Below are positions 38,301-50,300 of a DNA stretch of 64,000 bases, in pieces. Under the pieces are notes generated by a model. The model saw only the letters and a list, made by a program, of their open reading frames with translations. It was not told the origin of the DNA and ran no database searches. Position numbers and translations under genes: made by a program. Positions within the stretch are counted from its first letter, which is position 1, and every line of letters starts with the position of its first letter. Source of the stretch: Stylophora pistillata (lineage: Eukaryota); assembly GCF_002571385.2 (NCBI RefSeq), contig NW_019218119.1:142382-206381 (forward strand), in the 5' to 3' direction.

Positions 38301-41300
38301 CAATCAGCTGCGATGTGAAAAAAGAAGAGATCGTTCCATCCAATTCAAATAATCATGTGTTATTTGGGCTAAATATGACTACCGGTCTAAAATACCATGC
38401 ATGCCTCAAGATGAAAGACAGGGCAGGTAATCAAGCGCTTTTTCATTCTAATGGCGTTATTGTGGATAACACGCCACCCCTGCCAGGCATTGTGACCGAT
38501 GGAAGACCTGGGATGGACATTGACATACAAATCGAGAGTTCAGTTCTTCGAGCTTCATGGTTCAACTTTTCTGAACAAGAAACAAAAATATTAACATATC
38601 AGCTGGCATTCGGCATGTCTCCTGGAGCCCAAGATGTGCAACAATTTACAGATGTAGGACTCGTAAACACAGCTGCGAGCTCAAGATTACAAATTTCAGA
38701 GTTGACAAGTGGCAGTCGTTATTATGCGACCGTGATTGCATTCAATCTGCTTGGTATGCCTAGTACGATGGTTTCCTCCAAAGGTGTTTTGGTAGATTTC
38801 ACTCCTCCCGTTTTCTTAAAGCCTGTTCTCGACGGTGACGATCCAAATCTAGACCTAAGTTCCACCTCCGGAGGCTCCTTGGCTGCCACATGGACCTGCG
38901 ATGATCCAGAAACATCTTTGGCGTCTTTAGAAATTGCCTTTGGCTTACAGCCTGGAGAGGCCGATGTTATGAACTTCACAAGCTTGCCGATTCAGAAAAC
39001 ATCGTTTACAGTTGCGCGCAATCTTCAACTGGGATATCGTTACTTTACAACAGTAATATGCACAAACAAAGTGGGTCTTAAAGCCATTGCTGTTTCAAAC
39101 GGCGTTGTCTTTGATGATACTCCTCCAGATTTAATTTATGTCCAAGATGGAAAATACCAAAACTCAATAAGAAACTTGTCGGTAAAACTCAAATTTTCGG
39201 ACCCGGAGAGTGGTGTAAAAGAATATAGAGTGAAAGTATTCAGCTCAGTTGACGACGCCTACGGGTCCTTCAGTTTCAACGGTAATGTTTCCACGGCAGC
39301 TTTGATGTTAGCCAAAGATCTTGATAGTGGAAGAAGATATTTTGTTAATGTGACAGCAATGAACGGTGTTGGGTTGGAAACTACTGTGAAATCAGATGGA
39401 TTTACCGTGGATACTTCACCTCCAGTATGCCTGCATGTTTGGGATGGTCAGGGAGATGTTCATGAGGATTTGAAATACGCTCCAAGTTCAAGCAAGCTGA
39501 GCATTTCATGGGTGTGCTATGATAATGAAACTCCAATACTTGGATATCGTTTCTCAATTAAAAACTTACGCACGAGCGAATACGTTATTCCTTTTTATGC
39601 TTTAAAGACACCTGTAAACTCTACAGGGTCTGCATTTATAACAGGAGAAGGTCGAATTTTAACAAAGTTTGAAGAAGGGGAAACTTACGTCGTTGGCATT
39701 GAAGTTCTTAACGCTGTCAGCCTGTCCTCAGTAAATTGGACGGATGGTGTTATCATTGATAGCTCCCCACCTGAAGTGAAAGACTTGAAAATAACATTTG
39801 ACCCGAATAATGCTTCTTTGAGCGTTTCATGGACTGCGAAAGATGACCAAAGTGGACTCGAGTCTGTCGCATGGGGATTGGGTACTAATCCAGAAAATAA
39901 TGACATCAAAAACTTCACAAAGGTGTCAATTGCTTTATCAAGCGTTTCGATCTCAGACATTCCTTTGTTACTCGGCCGAACGTACTTCTTAAGGCTCCTT
40001 GCTGTAAATAAAGCCGGTTTATATAGTACGACAGCATCAAATGGCGTTGTGATCGACCGCACTGCACCGAACCCTGGCGTTGTGGTTGCTCAGTATGTTT
40101 TCCCAAGCAACTATGATCGGAACGAGAATGAAGTACCAGGATCATTCATGGTGGTTACTTGGACAGGATTTACAGATCCTGAAAGTGGTATTAGAAAGAC
40201 TAGCTGGGCCGTTGGTGAAGATCCTCTATCACTTAAAGCAAGTAGCGGTGATTTCTATACCGAGGTTATCGCAGACGACTCAGTGGGTGGAGTGGTAATC
40301 GATAATCAAACTCTCGTCGGGAATAAAACTTACTTCGTTTGCATTCGGGTCAGAAATGGTGCTGGGCTTCAAAGGACTGATTGCTCTTCTGGATTGTTTG
40401 TCATACTTGGAAAGTTCTCCGCTGGGGTAGTGAGCGATGGCCCAGTTATATCAGCGAAGGACATTGACTTCCAACTAGACGACAAAGCAATTTGGGCGCA
40501 CTGGAGTGGCTACAAGGATCCAGTATTTGGCATCTTCAGGTACGATTGGTGCATTAGGGATCAACCACCTAGCCCTTCTGGATTTGATATTTGTAAGTGG
40601 CCATTCTTGGAGTCATATCATCTGGAAACGTCCACGAACCGCTTCCACAACCTAACACTCGAACACGGCAAGAAATACTACGTCACAGTGAGAGCTGAGA
40701 ACAGCAGAGGAGAACATGTCAGTGCTTCATCGGATGGTGTTGTTGTCGATCGAACGCCCCCAATGGGAAAATCGCTCCAGATCTCTCCTACAACTGGAAA
40801 AGGAACCCTGTACCTGAGCACAACTTCTGCCCCTGTGGTCACGTGGTCCATTGACGATCCTGAGAGTGGTATAAGCCATTTTCTTGTCGGTGTGGGTAGT
40901 TTCCAATTCCAGGACAATTTGCTAGATTTTCAACGCGTAGACAGCCTTAGTCGTTCCATCGACTTAGATCAACTTAATTTTACCCTCCACCAAGGGCTAG
41001 TCTTTCACGTAACAGTTACTGGAGTCAACATGCTCGGCCTAAAAACCACTCTGACATCACAGCAAGTTGTAGTGGACTGGACGCCACCAAAATCTGGTCT
41101 TGTAATTGATGGCAACCTAACCTCAACGGGTAGCCAAGAATTCCTCGATATTGATTACCAGAACGAAAATGGGGTACTTTCTGCCCACTGGAAGGGATTT
41201 CGAGATACTGAGAGCGGTGTTGTTGAGTACAGCTGGTGTGTTGGAACGGCGCAAGGTAAGCATTTGACTTTTTTATACTCGTTAGAACTAGTTTTTTCGT

Positions 41301-44300
41301 GAGAGCATTTCGCGTAAAATAGGGAAATTCTGTATGAGAGGAAAAAGGGTTTCAGTTTTGTCTCGTTCATGACCATGGAAACTAAAGGAACTACGTTTAT
41401 GTATGGCTCGGCAATTTTATGAAAACCGTATTTGACGGTAAAGTCTATGTTCTGTTCACCTCAGTTACTTCAATATTACTTCAAATATTTTGTGATTATC
41501 TGTGGAGGTACAAGCACTACAACTCGCAACATCTTCATTCAGTTATAATTTCTCTATGTAGAAAATCTCTAGAAGCCTCGTTCTGATCCATTGTTCCTTA
41601 GAAAAAAAGTTAAAAATGAGATTGCCTTTTAATGCATGAACCTGTAATGTGGTATTTTTTTATTTCTCCCAGGCGCCTGCAACGTACATAACATGACATC
41701 TGCAAATCTCCAAACAAGTGTGCACTATTCCATTGTCCTAAAAGAAGGCCAACGACACTTCTTTACAGTAGAAGCTCTAAATGGTGCTGGATTAAAAGAA
41801 ACAGCTTACTCTGATGGCGTAATGCTGGACATCACTCCACCAAGCGTTGGGGAAGTTCTAGTGGCCGATGAGACTCAAAAGAGTGCAGATTCGCAGCCTT
41901 CCTTATCTTCGGGTTCCCGTCGGATAGCGCGATCTGTATGGGACACACCAGCTGATGCAGATCAAACCGACGCTTTTGGTGTTTCGTCCCTACGTGTTTT
42001 CTCGTCTGTCCAGTGGTGCAATATTTCTAGTATTTCTTCATGCGATATCAAGCAAGGAAATGATCGTTTGTTATCATTTTCCTGGGAAGCTCCTTCCGAT
42101 GCAGAAAGTGGAATTTCTTCTGTAGAGTGGTGCGCTGGCTCGAGATCAGAAACGTGTGATATTGTCCCATGGACAGATGTAGAAACAAGTACAACAAGGA
42201 TCAAGCATTCTCTTTCGCACCCGCTTGCATCAGGAGCTGTGGTGTTCATTAGAATTAAGGTAGCAAACGGTGCAGGCATGATATCAACTGCCATCTCTAA
42301 ACCGCTGCTTATTGATAGTACTAAGCCAACAAAGGGTGCCGTTATAGTAGGAAATACACTGGGAACTGAGTACCTGCGTAAAGATGAGCCTGTTACGGCA
42401 GATTGGAGTGGTTTCTCTGATAAAGAGAGTGGATTGAGTCACTTTGAGTGGGCTGTCTGTCACTCTGGCTCTGAAAAAGAGTGCATCACCCCGTTTGTCG
42501 ATGTCGGACTCAAAAGGAACTTAAGGAATTCCGCTCTTGACATCAAACCTGGAGTTTCATATGTTGTCGTGGTCCGAGCCCATAACAAGGTGGGGTTGTT
42601 CAGTGAAGCTGTATCTAATCAGTTTATACTCGACGTTACCTTACCGACTCCCGGTACTGTTTACGATGGCTCGAACGAGAGAAATGACGCAGCCCTGCAG
42701 ATATCGGAAAGTGAAATCTCCGCCAATTGGTCACCGTTTACCGATTCTAACGGTAGAATCACCGAGTACGAGATGTGTGTGGGAACAGCGCAAGAAAAAT
42801 GCGACGTAAATGACTTTGTTAGTTTTGGGATGGCTCTTAAAGGTACAATTACTGGTTTAAGTTTGAATCACAGGGGTCTATATTTTGTGAACGTGAGAGC
42901 AACGAACGAAGTCGGCTATAGCAGCTTGGCAGCTTCTAATGGAATTCAAGTCGACAGTACTCCTCCTGTTGCGGGCAGAGTCAGAGATGGGCAAACACTT
43001 GAGGACATTGATTTCCAAGCGGGTGGTACATTTATTTATGCCAACTGGGACGAGTTTCAGGATGAAGAGTCTGGGGTAACCAGGTACGCATGGTGTGCTG
43101 GAACGATAAAAGGAACTTGTGACATCATTCCTGAAATGGATGTGAGTGAACACACTGCCTACGGTCAGCAGATTCGTCCATCCTTAGCGACGGGAATGGC
43201 TGTTTTTGTGACGGTTAGCGCTTACAACGGTGCAGGAGCGGTTACCAGGGTGTCGTCTGACGGTGTTATAGTGGATAGTACCCCTCCTGATATCTCTAAG
43301 GTAACTTAATGTTAATCGTTTGAATTTTGTTGATATATCGATATTTAGCTCTTCTGTGAAGTCCATTTGTTTTGTATCGTTCCTCGAAACTTCACTTACT
43401 CTCTACGAACGCAAATTATTCGAGCAGTCTGTAGTGTATTCCAAACAGTCGTCTCTTCATGTTACTTGCCTATAAGCCCATTATTCAATTGTTTAGATCA
43501 ACAAAAAATAAGTCAACTTCTTTCAGTTATAATTTATAATTTTAGTTAAGTTGATCTTTTCGTCCACACAGGTAATCGACCTCCAGCTACGATCGCCTTT
43601 TGGTGATAAAGACTACATAACTGCCAAAGACGCATACTGTGTTAGCTGGGAAACAAAGGACACTGAAAGTAGTGTATTAAAGAGCGAAGTGTCCATTTGT
43701 TCCGTCATCGACGAGAACAGCTGTTTGTTACAGCAGATGGACGTTGGAAACCGCACTATAATTTGCATTGCTGACTTAGAGCTTCAAGAGGGTGTGAAGT
43801 ATGTAACAACGATTCGCTCTACGAACATTGTTGGTGGAGCCAGCGAGTTGTCATCGAATGGCTTTGTGGTTGACTCAACCTCCCCAATAGTGGGTGAGGT
43901 CATGCATGTTGAGAATCTGCCTGTAGGAGAAACTTCTGAGGTGTTCACCGACTCAGAGATATCAGTAGAGTGGAGTGGATTCTTTGACAAGGAGAGTGGA
44001 GTCCAGAAATATTATCTATGTGTTGGCACCCAGCCTGGTGAATGTAATATTATGAACTTTACTGACCTAGGTAACGCTACTAGTTACACTCTGCGAAACC
44101 TGAAGCTTATTCAAGGCGAGAGATATTTTGTTTCTATCAAGGCGGAGAACAGAGCTAACCTTGTCAGCGACGTTAAGTCCTCGAATGGCGTCACTGTTGA
44201 CAAGACAGGTAATTTAGACGAGTTCTCATCTAAATACTTGGTTAGAATAATTGGATTAGATTAGATTACGCCAGTGAGAAATTTTGACAATAAACATGGT

Positions 44301-47300
44301 CTTTGCTACCCTCACTCTGAGTTGATGTATTCATTGGAACAGGGTTATAAATTATTCTGGGTCGCATTAAAAGAATTTAATCATCCATTAATATTTAAAA
44401 CAGGTTAGGCTATGAAAAAAGGAAGGCTTTGAGGGTTATTTTAATCTTTGTCTTTTTTGTTGATGGAGTCGTTGTTAGGCTGTTTTTGTCTTAGACATGT
44501 TCTTATTGTTCTCGTCGATTGAAACGATATGGTTTGCTGTTCATTGTAGGTCCCCTTTCTGAAGGACAAATTATAGATGGAACAAAGGAAGGTGAAGACA
44601 TTGACATGCAACAAAGCAGAACCCAAATAGCAGCTCGCTGGAAAGCATTTGAAGACCTTGAAAGTGAAGTCGTTCGTCTCACGTGGTGCGCTGGATTGTC
44701 ACCAGGCTCTTGCGATCTAGTCAATGAAACTGAACTTACCATATCCAGTACGTCTGTCAGCAAGGTTCTCGTTGAACCCGTCACGAACGGTAGGCGGTAT
44801 TTTGTCACAGTGAAGGCAATGAACGGCGCAGGTGTCCAAGCTTTACTTACGTCGGATGGAGTGACAGTGGATGAAACGCCACCCACATCTGGGCATGTCA
44901 TTGATGGGAGTGACACAGATGTCAATTATGTGAATGGGGAACAAGATATCCGTGCCTCTTGGTTTAACTTTGAAGACTTGGAATCTGGTATTAAATCCTA
45001 TAAACTCGCTTTATGTGACGCCAGGAACCTCTCCTCCTGCCCACAACCTTTTACTGGAGTGGGGCAAGCTACAAATGTCTCAATAACAGGTGAAATATGT
45101 TTAAGGAAGTTGATATAAACAATAGCCTCCGATTAGCCCAAAAAGTTTTACGGATATATTTCCACACACATTATCTGTTGAGATGCGAACAGTTTTTCGT
45201 GAGCGAGACTCGAGTCAAACTTTGAGCAACTATGATTATTATTTTTATTATTATCATTATCATCATTATGATTGATATTATTACTGATCATTATTTCAGT
45301 TTATTTTACAAGACTTCATGAACGGAGAAATGTTTCCCTTCCCTGTTGTAACAACCGCAAAATACTCCCTCATCTTTAATTAAATCTTAAACTTTCAAAT
45401 TTGCGTTTATATGGGTGAGCTCCAGCGAGCAAACGCTCAATGATAGTACGGCTGCTAAGAAAATAAGTGCTTTTTACCACAACTCCTCTCCGCCTTTAAT
45501 GGAATGCTCCTCCAGTACAGCTGTGTCTGACATTATTTGCAGATGGTCATTTGCACTCCCTGGTGCCGCTGTAACCTCACCATGTCCACATTATTCTGTC
45601 TAATTTTGAAGCACTATTTGTAATAACAGATATACCTCATTCGATGGTTTGACATATAATACGCGCAGATATTTTGCACGTTGCGTGGTATTTTTTCCGA
45701 GCTCGGTAGGGGTGAGGAAAAAAATACACGCATATATGTCAAACCATCAAGTAAAGAGTTTATTATTCCAGTATTATTTGATTTTATTAGTCTTTTGGTC
45801 TTCTAGTTTTCGAACATTTGTACGGTCTTATCAGAGCATCTTTTTGATCGCATAAGGTGTATGTGAAAGAAGAAAACAACCCTAAAGGAACCTTTGTGTG
45901 TTATTGTGACAAAAAAACTGGGCTTCGGAGTTCATTGCTGAAAAAGTCGTGTTAAAAAACGAAAAAGAAATCAATGATCGCGTGGATCGTTTCTGTCCGT
46001 ATTTTTGCCCTGTTCTACACTGTAATATCGTGGCATATTTTGTGCGATCCATTCCCCTACTATGATAAAATGGCATAATAGCTAGTGGAAAAATGAGAAA
46101 TATCTCGCGAAGGTAATCTTCATGCTTTCGTTGTGTAGGCTTAGACCTCGAGAGTGGCGCTCAGTACGTTTTCGTCGTTAGAGCCATCAACTTCGCTGGT
46201 CTTCATGTTGAAGCTTCCTCCGATGGTTTCACAGTAGATTTTACCCCTCCTTTGCCAAGTGAAGCAAGATTAGGAACTGGAATTGAACCCGCCAAATACC
46301 AGTCAGATATGACGAAGCTGGTTGTCAGGTGCTGTTCACAATTCGCAATAAGATTTTCGGATTAGTCATGTCCTCGATCAAGATTAGAGAATGTTGTAGT
46401 GGCTGGTGCAATATTTAAGAAAGTAGAAATTGGATCAAAAAAGGACGCGAGGTAGTCCTTGTAAGGCCAATACATTTAGATGTACATCTGGTAGAGTAGG
46501 AGAGGTGGGTTAGCGTGTTACAGATTCGTAGATACGAAAACAAGATATATGTGTTAGTAAGAATTTTTCATCAATCGTGACATGTCTTCTATAGAAGTTG
46601 TAGACACTCAATTTACTAATAAGCTTTTCTACACTTAAACTGTTTTCATCTCGAAAGTTGCTCGACTCAAACGATTTATGATTTCACCAAAACACACACT
46701 AAACTACCATATGTTTTGTGCAGGTGGGATCAGTTTATTGACTCTGAGAGCAGAATTTCGGAATACCAAGTCTGCGTCACTTCTGTGCCCGGAAACTGTA
46801 CAGTCACTAACTACGTTGACGTTGGAAGGAATACAAGCTTCACTTTCCATGGCTTACAACTTCTCCATGGCGAAGCCTATTATGCTGTTATCAAAGGAAC
46901 AAACCACATTGGATTATCCTCAGACAGAACAACGAATCGAATATTGATCGATTCAACGCCTCCTGTCTTAAAAGATGTCGACAGCGGCTGGATCAACACA
47001 ACTCATAAAACTCCTGGTGGAAACAATACCGTTGACCCGAGGGTTCAATCTCCATCCAACGACACCACCCAAGGAAGCATTCATATGCGATTCAGCTGCT
47101 TTGAAGAACTATTGAAAGCTGACTGGGATGAATTTGAGGATCCAGAGAGCCAGCTAGCGCGTTATGAATGGTGTGCTGGGACATCTCCAGGCTACTGTGA
47201 TATGGTAACTTTGAGGTCAGTGAATGTGAAGATAAAAGGAGCTGCTCTTGTGAAGAGACTCCTTTCAGGTACGATCCTGTTTGCTACAGTATACGCCATC

Positions 47301-50300
47301 AACGGAGCAGGATTGAGAACTCGTTTGGTGTCTGAACACTGCAAGGTCATATCCATTGCACCTAAGGTTGTGGAAGTTATTGACATTCCTAGTTTGAACA
47401 CAAGCAATCTTACTGACATTGACTGGAAATCTATGGCGCAAAGTTTGTCACTCAGATGGGAGATAATTGGAAGATATGTCAAAGATATTTCGCGTTTGCG
47501 TATTCAGGTGGCCATCACACAGCCTTCCCCGAACGTGTCTTTACCGCATATTAACTCAGATAGGTCCTGGCGTAGCGAACCACTCGTACACGATTTCATG
47601 GACGTCTTGACATGGCAACGAAATGTGACTATCCGAGGCGTTGCATTGTAAGGATGGGAACGTTATCGAGGGGTTGTGAAGGTTTGGAACGAAGGAGGTA
47701 TATACAGTGAGTCTGCGAGTGATGGACTGAGAATCGAACCCACCGCTCCTCCAAAGCGTGGATTATTCATCTTGGATAAAGGCGCCGAGCAAGAGCCCCT
47801 CCGCTGGCTTCCAAATCTGAGATTGCCCCCGGTTAATGACAGTGCATTAGATTCGGAGGTAAAATATATTTCCTCCCTTAGGGAAGTGGAACTGATTGTG
47901 AGAAGTGGCTTAAATGACTCTAGCAACAGAACAGCTTTTATTTTGGATCACAAGCTTTTCAGTCCGACCAAAGAATTTAAAATCGTTGTCCAAAGAGTTA
48001 CGTCTGCGGCGAATGAAACCAACACTATTGAAGATTCAAGCATAATGAAAGTATTCCCAGGTTTTGTCGATCCCGAGGGTCCTTGTTGTACCAGACACCT
48101 TGTTGATCCACAATCTGTCTTCAGTGACACGCATTTTAAAACAACCATACCGTCCCAGCATTTTGGAGTTTCTATCGCTAGGCTACCAAACGATCAGTTT
48201 GCTGTTGGTTCTGCAGATAAAGCGTTTGTTTTGCCTCTTCGAAACAGGGCTGCAAGCCACATAACATTACCAAATGACATTGCTGGTTCCCCGACAACAC
48301 CCATCATGGTGGTATCATACAGTAATAGGTCCGCATTCTTGGCCAATGGCAAAGCTTATATTTACCGTAGTGAAGTCAGTGACGATGGCAAGCTTGAATT
48401 GACCAGGATCGCTATTCTTGGAAACTGCAAGACTGTTTCAACAGCTGTTTGTGCTGCCAAAAGCAAATGGGCCGATAGTGTGAAACACGTGATAGCCATT
48501 AATCGGAATACGATCGCTATGACGGGAGTCAACTCATCTACGAACGCCAGTGTTGTAGCCGTATTCCAAGAACGGGGTGGATTGTGGAGGTTTGCGCAAA
48601 CACTGAGAAGGGGAAAAAGTGATTCTGACTTTGGATGGTCTTTGACTATGAATGCACGCATCCTAGCAGTGGCGACAGGAGAAGGAAAGAACTCTTGTAT
48701 CTCGGTATACTCTGTCGAATCTTTTTCATTGGTCATGACACTTTGCATGTCTGAGCTCGAAAATATTACAGGTGGTCTGTCACTTTATCTTACGGAGACT
48801 AACGCGCTAATTATGGTCTCTAAGGACTCCAGGTGTGTAAAAGTTCTTCAGCTGAACATTTCATCAAAGTCCTTCAAAAACGTATGTCAGCGTGAGTTCA
48901 CACCAAACGAACGTCTGAGTGGATACCTGGATGTGAGTGCTCGCGATGGAGGTTTCATTATCGCGTTAGGTATGCAGACTTTAGACGGCCGGGATGGTGT
49001 GCAACTGGTAGGTTTCCATGGAATCTACTCAGATTATAAACTGAGGAAATGCGCAAACTTAGGGAGTGTGGTCGCGCGAGAAAGTGGATTTAGAGTAGAT
49101 GATGGCATTCCACGCACTTCCGTATCATTTGACAATGAGACCGTTTTGTTTGGAGCCCCAAATGATGTCACATGGCCAGGACAGGGTGAGGACTCAGGTA
49201 CTGGAAAGGTCTATGTGGCAACGTATTGCCCTACTAATCATATAAGAGTTCGCGTTTCTCAGATAAACGAAATTGGTTCTGTACGTTGCGTGCCTTGCGA
49301 GGCTAAACGGAAGTCATTTGGGGGGTTTGCGGAAATGTGCTCAGAGTGTGAAGGAATGCGATGTTCAGCACCTCAAAGCGACGATCCGTTTAGTTTTAAA
49401 TCAAGTATCTGTGATTCGTTTTCCTGTCCTTCTTCATCGACTGTGAATAACTCGACAAATGGCGTGAACTTTTCGTTCCCGAATGAATCATTTCTTGTCC
49501 CTGGTCCAGAAAACCTGTACACTGTACAATTACTTGAAACAACACGAGCCCATCTCTCAACAAGTTCTCTCACGGAGTCGTTTGTCATCGATCCGACATC
49601 CCCTGAGCCTGGAATCGTCTACGATGGACTGGGCAGCGACCCAAACACGAACTGCTCAGACAATTCGACATTAGGTGAAGACAGTCAGTGCTCTACTCGA
49701 AGCTTTGAAGAAACTGATGTGGACTATACCAATAATACGCGAGAGGTACACGCCAGATGGCTTGACTTCCTTGACGAAGAAAGCGACATTGTGGAGTACT
49801 TCTGGTGTGTAGGATCAAGGCCTATGAGTGACGACATCCGGGAATGTGAGAGTACGGGATTCAGGCCAAACGGAAGTCATTACGGTCTTAATTTTGATCA
49901 GGGTGACTCTTACTATGTGACAGTTGTCGCCTGCAATGGAGCTCGCAGATGTTCAGCCGCTCACAGTGATGGCGTCACAATAGATACTACACCGCCTGTG
50001 ATGGAATATGTCAGGGATGGAATCATGGGTCCTGATATGGATTTCCAGGTATACAAGCCTGACGCTAGAGTAAAGAATTTTTTCCTGATTCATTTCATAA
50101 GCTATTACTTATTTTCCAAGATGAGATCTTGGAAGTGTTTCTCGCCATATCACCAAAATGCTCGAATTCACCGAATTATTTGGTTTCTAAAATGAAGCAA
50201 ACCAAGTTTTTCTTTGCTACCTGGTTCGTAACTCACTTGGACTCAGGATACTGACAATGATTCCTTGAGAAGTTTGAAAGGCTAGAAAGCAATTTTGATT

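Noticed and set aside
29198-41302. Stand-alone prokaryote-style 4034-aa ORF, or bacterial contamination
   Set aside because: The start is a TTG inside an intron; splice sites link it in phase to flanking exons, and the context is eukaryotic.
47649-47651. Selenocysteine or alternative genetic code explaining the internal stops
   Set aside because: The stops are TAA, not TGA, and thousands of other codons show no internal stops.
29211-49674. Many short overlapping or antisense ORFs inside the large exons (also 1313-7173)
   Set aside because: They are shadow frames of the real coding strand with no domain signal.
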